From the human T2T-CHM13v2.0 reference genome, Homo sapiens: a DNA stretch of 64,000 nt. The stretch lies in NCBI RefSeq assembly GCF_009914755.1, contig NC_060929.1, one strand, 5' to 3'. The translations under genes and the position numbers were made by a program. The notes under the pieces are model-generated. The model made no database searches. It was not told the origin of the DNA and saw only the letters and a program-made list of their open reading frames with translations. Within the stretch, counting starts at the first letter, position 1; the number at the start of each line of letters is the position of its first letter. Positions 10,851 to 26,045 of this stretch are shown piece after piece.

Positions 10851-11375
10851 CAGTGGTCCCCAACCTTTTTGGCACCAGTGACTGGGTTTGTAGAAGACAA
10901 TTTTTCCATAGACTGGGGTGGGGGGAAATTGTTTCAGGATGATTCAAGTGCATTACATTTGTTGAGCACTTTATTTCTATTACATTGTAATATATAGTGA
11001 AATAATTATGCAATTCACCGTGAAGTAGAATCAGTGGGAGCCCTGAACTTGTTTTCCTGCAATCAGATGGTCACATCCGGGGGTGATGGGAGATAGTGAC
11101 AGATCATCAGGCACTAGATTCTCATAAGGAGCTCGCAACCTAGCTCCCTCACATGTGCACTTCAAATAGGGTTTGTATTTGCTCTTAATAGAATCCAGTG
11201 CTGCTGCTGATCTGACAGGAGTTAGAGCTCAGGAGGTAATGCCAGTGATGGAGAGTGGCTGTAAATATAGATGAAGCTTTGTCCACTTGCTAGCCGCTCA
11301 CCTCCTGATGTGAAGCCCAGTTCTCAACAGGCCTCAGACTGATACCCGTCTGTGGCCCAGGGGTTGGAGCCCCTA
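10851..11375. mobile_element. MER1A hAT-Charlie MITE, full length
   Basis: CAGTGGTCCCCAACCTTTTTGGCACCAG...GGCCCAGGGGTTGGAGCCCCT termini, ~525 bp, typical internal sequence. Confidence 0.92.
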
Positions 11376-11901
11376 CTGTATGTGTTTGCCTGTGACCTTC
11401 CCTGGCCTGAAGTTCACAGCCCAGCTGACCCACTGGCAATTCCTAAGCATTATTTAAGAAAGTTAGTGTAAAACTCTTCTCAGTAGCTTCAAAACTCCTC
11501 TCTGTCTCAAGTGGGCCACTTGAGTCCTTGTTCTCATCTATCTCCTGTGTCCTCTTTTGTTGCAGAAGTTGTGACGTGTCATGGAAAATATTGTTTTCTT
11601 CATCTGTTTCTTTGGAAAATTGATGTCATTTTGCTCATTAAAAATCTTTTGCCTAGCCAAGTATCTTGCAGGAAATAGATGTTGATTTAAGAAATAAGTA
11701 TTTACATGTGATAAAGAAGAAAGAATATAATAAATTGACGTTTGTGTTCATTGGCCTCCATTATTTTTAATGTAAGCCCTATTTCACTTGCCAAATTTTT
11801 GAGTCTGCAGGAAAGTTATTTCCCTGTCTGTTATAAAGATTTTATGTTTTTATGTCCTTGTTGAAGAGTTGAGCTCCAATTTTTTTTTAAGAGACAGAGA
11901 T

Positions 11902-12364
<463 letters not shown>

Positions 12365-12972
12365 ATTCTCTGTTGACCTCTGTTGTTGTTGCTTCAGGTG
12401 GCAGTTTAAATATAATCTAAGAAATGAAACTTGACCTCAACTCACTACAAACCTCACCTACATGACGGTTATACCCATGGGAGAACGTCACGTATATGTT
12501 TATCTCTGTTCCCATGTGAAAATGACAGTTTTGAGTCTCTTTAATCTAGTTTTTATCCTGGTAATTCCCAGAATATCAGGACATTGTTTAATTTTTATAT
12601 TCCTACTACAAGATAACACATTGTTCTGTCTAGATCTTTTCCTGCCTGTTCCCTCCAAAGCTACTCTCCGTGCTGCCAAACTCAAGGGTTTAGTTCAGAT
12701 CTCAGCTGAAACTTCAAGAAAGGTTTTCATGATTGTCTAAGGCAAAGTCCAGTGATTGTCACTTACCTCCCTAAGCCCTGCTTTCACTCCTATGAGAGCA
12801 TTTATTACTTTGCAATATGACAACATATTCACATCTCTGTAGTTAAATGTTAAACTATTAAATTGCAAACAGAGATTATCTCCTTCACTGTTAAACCCAT
12901 GTACTTAAAGAGGTGTCTGTATAATAAATATTTATTACATAAATACAACTTTTTGTGTTAGAACTGACATTA

Positions 12973-14010
12973 CCGTTGATCCTTGAATAACATGAGTTTG
13001 TACTGTGTTTGTACACTTTTACCTTGATATTTTGCAATAAACATATTGAAAAATTATTTGGAAATTTGTGAAAATTTGAAAAAAACTCACAGATGAATCC
13101 TGTAGCCTAGAGATTCAAAAAAAAAAAAAAAAAAAACAAAGGAAAACTTAGTTGTGCTGTCAATTCATAAAATAGATGTAGATACTAGTTTATTTTAGCA
13201 TTTACTATCATAAAAATACACAAGTCTATTATGAAAATTTAAAATTTATCAAAACTTATACAAACACCTACAGACATGGTGCTATTTGCAGTTGAGAGAA
13301 ATGTAAAGAAATATAAAGATGCGGTATTAAATCATGACTGAGTGCAATTTACTGCAGTACACACCATACTACTGTAATAATTTCATAGCTATCTCCTGTT
13401 GCTATTGTGGTGATCTCAAGTATTGCAAGGATCTGCTTACATGCCATGTGACAATAATTATCTCTTTTTGTGCAGTTCTTCTCTCCAGTTAATTGTGTGT
13501 CTCAGTAAAATTGATCTCTCCAAGTTCTTGCATATTTTTCATTGTGTTTACTGTAATACTTTAAATAACACCATGGGACCCACATAAAGTGTCACTAGTG
13601 TTTCTGGGAGTGCTCCCAAGAAGCAGAGAAAAGTCGTGACATTACAATAAAAAGTTCAATTACTTGATATGTATCATAGATTGAGGTTTGCAGCTGCAGT
13701 GGCCACCATTTCAAACAGATTATTTATCTTGTAAACAGATGACATAAACTTACAGCATCAATGAATAAAGTGTAGTTCTGTACATTTATTTTTCTTCCTT
13801 ATGATTTTCTAACATGTTCTTTATTGTAGGAATACAGTATATAATACATATGACATAGAAAATGTGTTCATCAACTGTTTGTTATTGGTGAGGTTTCCAG
13901 TCCACAGCAGACTAATAGTAATTACATTTTGGGGGTGTTAAAAGTTACATGAGGATTTTTTATGGCAGGGGCTGGAAACCCCAACCCCTTCATTGTTCAA
14001 GGGTTGGTTG
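12973..14010 (+). mobile_element. Tigger2b internally deleted DNA transposon
   Basis: TIRs CCGTTGATCCTTGAATAAC / TTGTTCAAGGGTTGGTTG with TA on both sides; transposase N-terminal remnant APKKQRKVVTLQ*KVQLLDMYHRLR at ~13612. Confidence 0.88.
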
Positions 14011-15639
14011 TAATCGTTTTGAAAATGAAAAGTACATTCTTTGAAATGACCATATAGAAAGATCCAAGCTGGAACCTGCAAAACAAAGGTTGGAATTGGA
14101 ATTTTATGATTCAATATAGGCTTTCTGATGATTAAGAAAATTTAATCTATGTTATCTTCTTACATGTCTTATGACAAATGAAAAGTAGCATATATTGTTT
14201 TTATGCTAGGAAGCTTTAAAAGTGTTATTGTTTGGCTCCGTTTGAGATCTTTTGAGTTGCCCCTTTAAAAGTAGCTGACTTAGAAAGTGCTCAGGTAATG
14301 TCAGTGTCAGTTTTCTGATGAGCTACCAAGTGCTGATGTGCTCCTGAGTGAGGGCACAACCGTGTTTGAGTGAGAGTCTCAGCTGAGTGGACAGGTGGCC
14401 ATTTGGCTGGGTGACAGTAGGGCTGTCTCTACAGAAAAATTCACAAGTAAAGCTGATGACAGAAGTAGAAATGAATCCTTTATTGGTGTGAGGTAGGTAG
14501 ATTCAATCACAGTTAATTAAGGATGACAGAAAGGACATAAACTGAATTACAGTCTAATGAAGCACTTGGCCTTATTTGCTGTGTGACAGACATTCTGGCT
14601 ATTGGCTCTCTTTTACTTTGAGGACATTTGGATTTTCTCTTTTAGACACACATGATCATGTGCAGAATAGCAGAGTCTGAGTGCAGACTAATCCCATGAC
14701 AACCTTGGATATTGTGATTGTTGTTCCCTATGCCCCAAGAGCTCTGCTTCCCACTTAGACATGGAAGAACCAGTATAGGTACCTGGAGAATTTTGCTTAA
14801 TGACCTGCAAGTTGCTCAGTGATCTGAAGGTTTGTGTCTGAAATTATGGAGGCATAACTCTCTCCTTTTTGAATCAATGAATATATGCATCTGTTTGACT
14901 AATTAGTACTCCAAGAAATCTAAGCTCTCATGTTACAGTATATGCCTTTTATTTTTTCTAATAACCTTGTCACTTGAATTCTTTTCATAAATGATATTTA
15001 GAAGATACACTCATGAAAATGACAGTATACTCCATGCCAAGTCTTATTGTGATTGTCATTCCTGATGTTTAATAAACTCACATTTATGTATAGCCCATCC
15101 ATCTCTTCCCCTTTCCAGGACACAGTGTTGTTTTCATTTTACCCAGGCACTTTTCCTTTTAATGTTCACTGCATTGTCAAACATACCTTATCTGAAGTAA
15201 ATGATGTTACTGGCTGTCCTGGGGGAACACAGTAAATATCCGTAGGTAAATAAAAGCTCTGGTAACTTCTGCAATGTCAACTTTATCTCTGTCACCATTA
15301 TGGTGATGGAAAGCATGCGAAGCCTGCTGGTCCATTTCATCTCCCTGACTACATCTCTTGCAGTTGGGGGAATGTGACTGATGTGCAGCTACACAAGAGT
15401 TTTAATTAATTTGAAATACTACAGCAGCAAGTAAAGATAAAGTTTCAATACTCAGATGTATCTAGAGGCCTAGTATCATTAGCAACTTCGTCAATATTCA
15501 TTCATCTATTTATTCATTTATGGGAGTCTCATGCATAACTAGAAGATTTGAGCTGTTTAGAGAGATCAGCCAATCTTCCCATGGGGAAAGAACACTTGTT
15601 CTAATATATTAATGATCAGTAGAAATTAAGTTATGCAAG

Positions 15640-16880
15640 AAGAAAGAGAGAAGCCTTCCAAGTAGTGACTATATAAAAGTTATTTTAGTATGAAAAAATC
15701 TGTTGAGTACAAAGAATAGCAAGAAGGTTTGTGTGGCTAGAGTGAAAAGACTAAGAAGGATAGAGTATGGTTTGAGATGATGTTGGGGAAGTATGTGGAA
15801 ACCATATCATGCTAAATATTGTCACCCATGTTAGAAGTTTTTGTCTTTATCATTAAAACTATGAGAAACCTCTGAAAGTTTTAAGAAGTGTGACTATGTA
15901 TTGTTTGTGGTACAGATATCTTTCTGAGTGTGTCTATGGGGTATCTAACTGTGGCATGTAGCTGTGATTCTCTGGGTGCATGTGTTTGGATGAGTGGCAT
16001 AAGCAAATTTTATTAACCTATTCAATAAGTATTTTGAGCACCTGTTCCGGGTACTCTTCTAGTTCTTGAAATGAGACCTGTAGATAAGATACACAAGATT
16101 TTTGATTTCATGGGAACATTCTTCTGGGAAAACACAAGATTTAAAATACCCAAAGTCAAATAATGAAATAATATAATTTTGTGTAACGATATGTGCCATG
16201 AAGAAGATTAAGTAAAGTAAGAATATAGAGGATGAGATGTGACAGTGATTAGGGGAAACCAAAGTGAGGGAGTGAGTTATGAGAAGATGTAGGGAAGAGC
16301 ATTCCAGACTGTGATGAGTAAGCGAAAGTCTTAAGGGGGGTATGAGCTTAGCGTGTTTGAGGAGCAACAAGAAGACTATGAAAGAGGCACCAGGCTAGGA
16401 CATGAGTTGAGATGAGTTCAGAAAGGTAGTTAGGGTTTAGATTTAAAGACCTCACATGGCATATTTATTAGTGCCTTCCCACTGTGAAGTATGGCTAAAA
16501 GATTATAGAGAACAAGGGAGGATATAATGATAGATGCAGAGAGTGACAAGTCTTTTGCAATAGATTTGGTAAGATAGAGTAGTAGTTTGTGGAGGAGGAT
16601 CAGATTCTGGATACGTTTTGAAGGCAGAGCCAACAAGACTTACTGATGGATTAGATATAGACGGTAGTTGGAGAGATCATGGACAGAAAAACTAATTTTG
16701 TTTTGGGCCTGTGCAACTGGGTAAATGGTGATAGCACATACTGAGATGGAGAAGATCAGGGGGAGAATGGAATTAAGGAGAAATTATTCTATCATGTATT
16801 TGGGATTTTTTTTATAATGTCAGAATAGGCATTCTGACATTCCTGTTAAGCATACAAGCCAAGATCAGATTATGAAGTTG
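15640..16880 (-). mobile_element. L2 (LINE2) fragments
   Basis: ATTCAATAAGTATTTTGAGCACC 3' end at ~16020; GGGAAGAGCATTCCAG, GGATACGTTTTGAAGGCAGAGCCAACAAGACTT motifs. Confidence 0.75.
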
Positions 16881-17361
16881 AACATGAGTATGGTTTGCAT
16901 TTTTAAAATGTGTCTACCTTTGATGTAGAGCAGATTGTTGTGAAAGCACTCTTGCCTCCCACCCTACTCTCTTAGTAACCAAACTGTAGTCAAAGTGTGA
17001 TTTAAATGTACATACTTAAAGGAGGAGGTGGTAGAAGGAAGTGATATAGTAACATTGAAGAGTTCCAGATGTAACTTGAGCTTCACAGTGGAGTGGGATG
17101 GAGGAGATTTAAAGATTTCCAGGGTGTTGGCTGTGAGCCTAATGAGTTTAGTCCTAATTTCCTGATGGAGGAGGAAAGTGAGGTATCCATCCCTTTCCAT
17201 CCAATTATAGAACCCTCTGCAGATCATCATGTAAGGCTATAGACTGTGTGCATGTACAACTTCAGGAGCAATGTACCTAGAGTGAGACAGGAGAGGTGGC
17301 TGGTGGTCCTTGGAGTGGAGCGGATCGGCAGACCTCCTTCTATCACTTTTATTATTGTAAA

Positions 17362-17570
17362 TCTATGCTGTCTGATACAATAGCCATTAGCCATAGATAG
17401 CTACTTAAATTTAATAAAATAAAAACTAAATAATATTTAAAATGCAGTTGTTCTGTAGCACTAGCTATATGTCAAGTGCTTAATTCTCACATGTGGCTGG
17501 TGACTACCATACTGAACGGGGCAGATACAGAATATTTCTATCATCAAAGCAAGTTATTTTAGACAGTATA
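17362..17570. mobile_element. MER3 hAT-Charlie MITE
   Basis: TAGCCATTAGCCA..GCACTAGC..CAAGTGCTTAAT..CACATGTGGCTGGTGACTACCATACTGAAC..ACAGAATATTTC. Confidence 0.8.
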
Positions 17571-19736
17571 ATATGAAGAAAGAAGTGGATTGGATGATTT
17601 ACTGTATTTCTGCCTTGTAGTTCAATTTCTCTCTCTTGAGACTAAATGCAAATATTTTATATTATAGAGAATCCAGTATGAATTCAAACTTAATCAGGAG
17701 TTTGTGATAGGAAATATCCAATAGGTTGGAGTCATATACTCCTGCAATTCTCCTATATGGGCTTTACCTTTAAAATATTAAGCACACACACATATATATA
17801 CCATCTTAGATAATAAAACAAATCACTGCTCTTCTTATATTGAGACTTGGAAACAGCTTCTGCATTAATTCAAAGAAACACAATAAAAAATAGAGTTGGT
17901 CAAAGCTTGTTTATTCTATTTAGAGTCCCAGAAATGTACTTCCTATTTCTTTTGTTCCAATTTGATGAAGCTTTGACACTACAGCGAATTATGTAAGTTA
18001 TAAACAAAGAACTACATCATTATGAGCAGAACTTAACGTAATATCGTAATATCAGCCTTTAATGGTCTTTTGTAAACCTGTGGTATGAATAGCAGTGCCT
18101 TACAGAAAATAGCACAACTGATCTAAAGAAAGCACTTTCATTCTGCACATTAACTCATTCAAGAATAAAGGACACCACACTATACAATGAAGTGTATTGA
18201 AATAGAAAAATTCATGAAGCCAAGACTGCCAAATTATTTATCTTTCATTAAAAGAGAAAATCACACATTATTATCTCTGGTAAATGAACGTGTTTGTCAA
18301 AGTTGGCCGTGGGCTCAGAAATAATAATCATAAGAAATTCTATCCTCAATAAAGTAAGTATAACTCTGTTTTAATATAAATTTTAGGAAAGGGATTTCTG
18401 AGCATGGAGTACTTTCAAAGGAAAATTTAAATAGCCCTGTGGGTCTTGCCTGACCATCAGTAGGGATGACACATGCGTCTCTACAACTCGGTGGAATAGC
18501 TCATCCATGCCAAAGATATTTTTCTATCCTTGTAACTCAGTTACTGATCAATTCATGCATAAGCAAGAATCTTAATAACGATTGAAGATTTTCAGCTATA
18601 GAAGCTTGGAATTCTATGCCCAGAAAGGAAGTAGATATGCAACACTTTTTAATTTTAATAACTCCCCCTTTTTACTTTTTTGGAAAATTTAAATAATATG
18701 TGCCAGAGAAAGATACCAAACAAGAATTTCCATTTCAAAACAGTTTCATTTGAGGCTATACAATGAATAGCATGGAGATAATGTGCAGGTGTCCTGTCTT
18801 GGTTCTCACAGTCAAGAGCAAAAGTTTCAGCCTACTAAAACTGAGAGCTTTCAACTTAGAAACTCTTTTTGTTCTAATCATAAACCATGCATTTGCAGGA
18901 AGCAAGGACATGCCAAATTAAATAAAAAGTTTCCTTTCCTGTTTCAGAGAAACTCTGAAGAAGGTTTTTCTTTTTAAATTATTTGTTTATTTATTTTTTT
19001 TTTTATTTTTAGGGGCAAACTGCCAAGTCTGTAAATATTCCTGGAAAAATTTCTGAATAGGCACCTCTTGATATTTTCATTGAAGAGTCTTGTCACCTTA
19101 GAAAAAGGGAAAATATGCTGCATCCCTTAGCTATTCAAGGAGAAACTTGAGTTACAGTGAAAGATTTCTGCTATGTTTTTAGTATGATCTTCTGAAAGTT
19201 TTTGTAGATGCTGAAACTTCTGAGGGAGTTAAAAATTCACCTTTAGAACCAACCTGGCTGGCTCTAACCCCTGAAATGTTTTCCATTATTCATAGTTGCT
19301 TCAGGAGCTCATATTAACTTTCAATAGTACTGTTGTGATAATTAATGATTATGGCACCTCCATCCTGCAGGCCCTGCCCCTTTATTTTGCTGTCCTCTTG
19401 ATGGAGGTTTAGATTATCTTTCTATAGAAAATATTTCATTTTAAAGAAAGTTGTGTGTATTATTTTATAAAACAATACATTCAGGTTCCATCTCATACCT
19501 CTTTTTTTTTTTCTTTTTTGGTTTGGGGGATCTATTGGACCTTTCTCCTATTTTTACTACATTCTAACTCACAGAGATGATCTGAGTTCACACCCCTTTG
19601 TTGTCAAAAGAGGAGAGACCTTTGGAAGCCACGTTGGCATACTTTCAGGTACCAAAGGAAGAAACTTAGACATAAAACTACCAACTGTTCACAGCATTGT
19701 AGAATGCCAGAGCTGGAGAAAACCCTGAAAAAAAAT

Positions 19737-19943
<207 letters not shown>

Positions 19944-22162
19944 ATTAAAATTCTTTTAAAAAAATCTCTAAAAAATAGAGTCTATCTGCTTATATTTTAA
20001 AGATGAAGAGAGATTTACATACAGATAGATTTTGTGAATCAAAGCTGAGTCTAAGTTTCAGGTCTCTGGATTGCCAGTAGAGCCCTCTTTCCCAATACCC
20101 TGTACTCTTGCTGCTGTCTTTCCTGAGTAGCATTTAGTCTCTCTAACTTATTTACTTTAATCCCAAGTGGAGTTGCCTACATTACTCCCTTTCTGGTCTC
20201 TGGAGCGTGTGACTCTTTGCTGTGTGCCCCAGACCCATCCCTGACCCTCTGGAAACTTTGTGACTATCACCCACAAACAGCTCCATCCCTTAACAGCTCC
20301 ATCCCTTTCTGTGAACCTCTGGCATCTGTTTCTCTAACCATCATTTTCTTTCTTCTCTTTTGTCTCTGTTCCTAAGGGTTTATCTGATATCTGTTCTCAG
20401 GGTAAACAAGTCAGGCTATAAATTCCCCTTGCAGGAATTTTGGACAGGAACAGCCTGACTTATCTTAGAACTTTGACACTTCAGAGAATTGGAAAATGTA
20501 CTTCATCTTGCAGGAGGCATCCCTCAGCATTTTTAGCAGGAAAAATATGTTTTCTCTGCTAAGTGCTTTTAGTGCTTCTCAATTATATTCTTTTCTCTTT
20601 CTGCTTTTCCTTCAATTTTTTTAGTAGGTAATCCACTTGTTGGATTATCATGAGCATGTGAAATTTATAATAACAATAAAAAACTCATAATGATGTACAG
20701 TATTTAGGGTGAAAATAAATCATAATTCCTGAATAGAGCAAGGAGCCCAATTAGAACCTAGGATCTAAATGTATCAATTATTAATAGTTAGATGGACTGA
20801 GTAAAGTAGATTGAACCATATTCCACCTGGAATTGATGTTATCTCCTCAGAAAGATGATTTTATCTTCTCCAGCTTGGGGAACCTACTTCATCATAGGCA
20901 GGAGTTGGGAACAGATAAAAGTCCTGACGGTGATTCCTGAGGTAAGCAGTAGGTTAGGGGACAGAAACCCAAGGGATCAGCCTCCTCCCAGCAGTCTCCT
21001 CTAACTCAATCACCCTGTCTAGCCCAAAATTGTGCACTAATGGAAGTGAGGCTCCATCCAGTCTTCCTTGTCAGGGAAGTCCCTTCTCGCAGGAGGAAGG
21101 AGGAATGTGGAAGGATTTATTTTGAGTACATCTAGAAAGGTGGAAAGTGATGGTGAAGCTACCCGTTTATGTGTGGAATCAGGAATATGGGATGAAAATT
21201 TTTTCAAATTTTTTTATTTCAGTCTAAATAAGAATTAACATCTAGAGTTAAGAAAATGATGTTTATCTTTCTAGAGCATCTATCATGCATTAGAAATGAT
21301 GCTAGTGTTTTACATACTTTATCTCAAGCCTATCAATAACCCTTTAAATGGTATAAAAGAACAATTCACCTCTCTCCCCATATTCTCCCCAATTCAATCA
21401 TTGTATAAGCCTGTGGAATCTAAATATCATCCTAGTAAAAAGCAAGGAGGAAAAAAACTGAATTGATCAAGTGTAAATATTTAATAACTGAATTCACCTA
21501 AAACTTACTAAGATATTAATATTTTCCAATGGAGTAGAACAGAAAAAGATAAAGGAAGTTGCAATTTAAATATTTTTGAATACTTGGATTTAAAATTCAT
21601 AAATTTGTTACAAATTCTTACATTGTAATATTACAAATGATACATATGTAAACATTATGAGGTGAAACTGGCAAGCAGGAGGCCAATCGGGTTGAGCTTG
21701 GGAAGGAAGGCTTTTGCCCATGGATGGTATTCTAGGTATAGAAGAACGGCAGGAATAAGACAAAGTGCTAGGAGGAGTTACATGGTCTTATTTTTGAGGG
21801 AAGAACTTAGCCACAGAACTTAGGCTCAAAGCTAACATGAGGCCACAGCCACTGTTGTTACACAGCACCCTGACCTCCTGGTCTGGGTTCTTCAGAACAA
21901 CAACAGAAACTATCTTGAGATCTAATTTAGCATTAGCTCAGCAGGTGGGGATTATTTGGCCCAGATAAGGGAACCGGTAAGTGTAGTGGCACGTGGCCTC
22001 ATTTCTTAGAATTGAAATGCACCTGGTTTGTATTTCTATTAAAACAACTCTCACTGCCGACCTTGAACATTAAAATACATTATTTCAGACTGTACATACG
22101 AATTTTAATAGTGTTAAGTTTCAGCCTCTTTTCTTGAATAAGCATTTTGCATTCCCAATCAC

Positions 22163-22538
22163 AGTTTTTGTTTAGTTTTATGCTTATAGATGAATCCTAG
22201 TTGTACATATTTTTGGCATACTTGTGATATTTTGATACATGTATGCAATGTGTAATGATCAAATCAGGGTAATTGCAATATCCATCACTTCAAACATTTA
22301 CCTTTTCTTTGTGTTGGGGATATCACAATTCTCCTGTTCTAGCTATTTTGGACATAGAGTAAGTTTTTGTTAAATTTTTCTACCGTACTATTAGATACTA
22401 GAACTTGTTCCTTCTATCCTACAATGTTTCTGTAACCATTAGCCAACTTCTCTTCTTCCTGCCCATCACTTCCCAGCTTCTGGTAACCACCATTCCAGTC
22501 TCAACCTCCATGAGATCCAATTTTTTTTAGCTCCTACA
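22163..22538 (-). mobile_element. L1MA 3' end
   Basis: TGTGTAATGATCAAATCAGGGTAATTG..CTCCATGAGATCCAATTTTTTTAGCTCC; TSD TCCCAATCAC at 22153-22162 and 22539-22548. Confidence 0.88.
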
Positions 22539-23649
22539 TCCCAATCACTTTTTGAGGTAGCTGAAGCATCATCTACCCACTGATAGATGTACCTGGTTTA
22601 CTTCAGTCACGTGGCACACAGACCTTTAGACAATTCTTTCTTTTTCTAGGAATTATATCCATATATAACCTAGGGAAATAAAAAGTTACCAGGAGAATCA
22701 CCACGTCTATTACTTAAAAGGGACATCAGAAGTGAATATTCCAACTTTCCAGCCACGTGGACATCCCGTCTATAGCATCCCTAAGGGGAGGTCTGGTCTC
22801 CTAGCCTGTCTTATGTTGATTGGTTCCTCTTTCTAAAATGTCTTTGCTCTGGCCTAAGAATCTGGGAGAAAAGCACTCCAAAGGATGCAGGATAAAGAAC
22901 ACATTCGTTTGAAATTAGGAAAGATGAAATTTGGAAAAAATAGTAGCATTAAGGGTTGCACTAAATGTATTATAAACCAAAGGTTAATAATCTGTTTCTT
23001 AAATTCTTCCTTCAAATTTAAATAATTTTTTCATATATCAGTTGTCAGTTCTATTCATTCATCATTTATTCCAAAATAAATTTAAAATACCATAGAAGCA
23101 CATAAAAAACAGCAAACCAACAGAAGTGAGAAGAAAATCAAAATATTGCGAGACAAAAATGAGGCAGGGACAGAGGACATTACAAAGTCTATTCAGTTGT
23201 TGCATATACTTACAATGAGTGGTTATCAGACTTTATTCACGTAGTTGCATAGGGATCATTTATTTTCCTTGAAGTCATTGAATTGATTTAATTGATTTAA
23301 ATAGAAGTGTGTCCTATGCTTTTCTACTTAATTTCATAGCAGATTTTTGTCTACAAATTGACACACATTTTGACCAAGTTCAAAGCTTCATAAAATCCTT
23401 TTGTTTGTACTAGTGAAATGGTCCCAGGTATTTTCTATCTCTATTTGTTTATTCCCCCAAAATATGACCACCTAATGTTGGAAATAAATGGCTCAAAAAG
23501 ATTGTAAAGTAACAAATACATCTTTAAATTACAGTATATATATCCACAAATATTTATTGACTGCTAAGCACTGTTATAGAAATTTGGATCTTATCATTAA
23601 AAAAAAAAAAACAAAAAAAACCTAGCTTCCTGAAGATTACATCCAACTG

Positions 23650-23821
23650 TAGTGGTTTTCACTGAGCTGCATGTTGGAATCAATGAGAAAAGTAAAAAAT
23701 GTTCTGATGCTTGGACCGCATGAAATTCTGAGGTAATTGATTTGGGTGTGGTCTGGGCATCATCAGGCTTTTTAAAAACTTCCCAAGTATTTTAAACATG
23801 CAGCCAAAATTGAGAACCACC
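23650..23821. mobile_element. MER5A/B MITE
   Basis: AGTGGTTTTCA..GCTGCATGTTGGAATCA...ATGCAGCCAAAATTGAGAACCAC inverted ends. Confidence 0.75.
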
Positions 23822-25404
23822 ATACAAGTGTAAAATAGGTAATATTTTTAATTCAAGGCAAATATTTTATATTGAATTCTGTGTCATACTCAATATCAGT
23901 GCTATTTATAGCATATAAACTAGAAAATGAAACAAGTTAAGAACTATTTTTTATGAGAGTTGTTGTAATTAAGAGGCCAGATATGAAACACCAAATGGAC
24001 TTGTAATTATAAAGCGGAAACATGGTGGTAGAATAAGAGAATAAGACTTATAAAAACATCTTAATCAAATGATTGTTCTTGGGGTACAATATCACATCGC
24101 ATTTTGACATCTGAATTCTTTCAGACAAGCCACAACATGGCAATAGTGTTTTGTCACAAAATTAAATAATTTGCTTTGAAAATAAATGTGTTTTTCTTTT
24201 GCATCTTTTCTTCAATACAAAAGCTTTCCTTAATGAAAAGTTGTACACAGGTTAGTGTACATGGCTATCATGTTTCTTCCAGTGAATGGGGAGTGGGTAT
24301 TGTACATGAATGGTTCTTAAGGCACTATTCTGACTTCAGACCATGTACCTAGTACCCCAAATCCAAGAAATTATATATTTTTTTAAGTTGTGAATTTATG
24401 CTTGTGGTGGACAAGTTGAAGTAGTAGATTTTCTTTTTTTTTTTCCCCCCCCAAAAATAGTTTTATTTTGGAACTGATTTTTCTTTTGGCAGAACTGACT
24501 ATCCAACTGTATGGCTACCTCATTCTTATGTCAGCAATTCCGAACATGTGGAGCTCTTTTTGAAAACAGTGCCTATATAGGTTTGCATTTAAGTATGTCT
24601 CTCTCATGCTTATTTATTTGCTCATTTGAAATGAAGTAGGCTGAGGCCTTATCAAACTTTAATGTGAATACAAATCACCAGTTGTCAACAAGAGTAGAGA
24701 TTGAGATTTTCCCCTACCTGCAAATTAAGTTAGCCTCCCACAGTTTCATGTATTTTGGCAGAATACATGAGGTTTGTGGTCCAGAGATAACCTATTACTC
24801 ACGACACAGAAGGCAGAATGATGCTTACATTACCATTGCTTCCCCTTACTCCTCAAGTACATGCTGAGTACGCAGTAGGTTTGTATCACTGTTGAGGAAC
24901 TTCAAATGTAGGAAAGTCCAATCTTTAAACAAGTTACATAAAGCTCTTTTCTGCCTTTCCTCCAATGGGAAACATTATTTTTATTACCTTGGTCAGCAAA
25001 TGAATCTGTCCTCTGCTTTGCAGTGAGATACCATGTCTTTCTTTTGAGACCATTTGCTATACAAACATCCTTGAAAACAAAAGCTGTCAATGCCTTCAGA
25101 CTTTCAGAAGACATGAAGTATGAGATACCCATGGAGAACTGTGTCCCAACACTGAGGATTTTGTTTGAATAAAAATTCTGATTCAGGTGGTTTGGGGTTG
25201 AACCTGATATTCTTCATTGCTAACAGGTTTCTAGGTGATTGATGCCAATGACCAAATGGCAAGCAGTAGTGGGCATGTTTATTATACTCTGTAGCCTGGC
25301 ATACTGTCTTGATTTTAAAATTCGGCAGAATTGTATGTGGGTATATGATGACGAGGCCATGGGGGAAAAAAAAACTGATGCGTCTCCTGACATACTATGT
25401 TTGT

Positions 25405-25407
<3 letters not shown>

Positions 25408-25438
<31 letters not shown>
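25408..25438. repeat. (TG)n microsatellite
   Basis: direct read. Confidence 0.97.
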
Positions 25439-25439
<1 letters not shown>

Positions 25440-25559
25440 GTATGCACTGACAACCTGTCTAAACGTGGCCAACTTAGAACACTGTGTAATGTCACATACT
25501 ACATATTCCTGACATTATAAGAACTCTTTGCTACCTAGGCTTTTAAGGAGAAAATCTTG

Positions 25560-26045
25560 TGCAGTGATTAAGAGTATAGACTCCAGAGTCAAAGTTCCTA
25601 GATTCAAATTTGGATTCTGCCATTTACTAGCTCTATAAACTTTAGCTAGTTATTGAACTTCTTTGCGATTCAGTTCCCCATTTATAAAATTGAGATGATA
25701 AAAGTCAATAGGGGCCAGACACAAGGGCTCACGCCTGTAATCCCAGCACTTTGAGAAGCTGAGACGGGTTTATCACTTCAGGTCAGGAGTTCGAGACCTT
25801 CCTGGCCAACATGGTGAAAATCAGCCAGTGTGATGATGTGTGCCTGAAGTCCCAGCTACTCAAGAGGCTGAGGCAGGACAATCGTTTGAACCAGGAGGTG
25901 AGGTTGCAGTGAGCCAAGATCATGCCAGTGTACTCCAACCTGGGTGACAGAGTGAGACTCCCCACCCCCCAGAAAAGTCAAGAAGTGTCAAGTGCTTAGA
26001 AATACCAGTCCACTGGTGACAGCTACATGAATCTTTGCTATTATT
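25560..26045 (+). mobile_element. MIR split by an Alu
   Basis: CAGTGATTAAGAG..ATTCAAAT..TCTGCCATTTACTAGCT..CAGTTCCCCATTTATAAAATTGAGATGATA; resumes AAGTGCTTAGAA after the Alu. Confidence 0.75.
25713..25972 (+). mobile_element. AluSx-like with deleted central linker and C-rich tail
   Basis: Alu dimer; GGTGAAAATCAGCC fusion across the linker; AAAAGTCAA repeated on both sides. Confidence 0.92.

Noticed and set aside
18540-18600. NRY..ILAY-like PTP motif on the minus strand, hinting at a degenerate intron-containing PTP gene
   Set aside because: It needs a frameshift and a stop, and the expected downstream HSRV motif is absent; likely chance.
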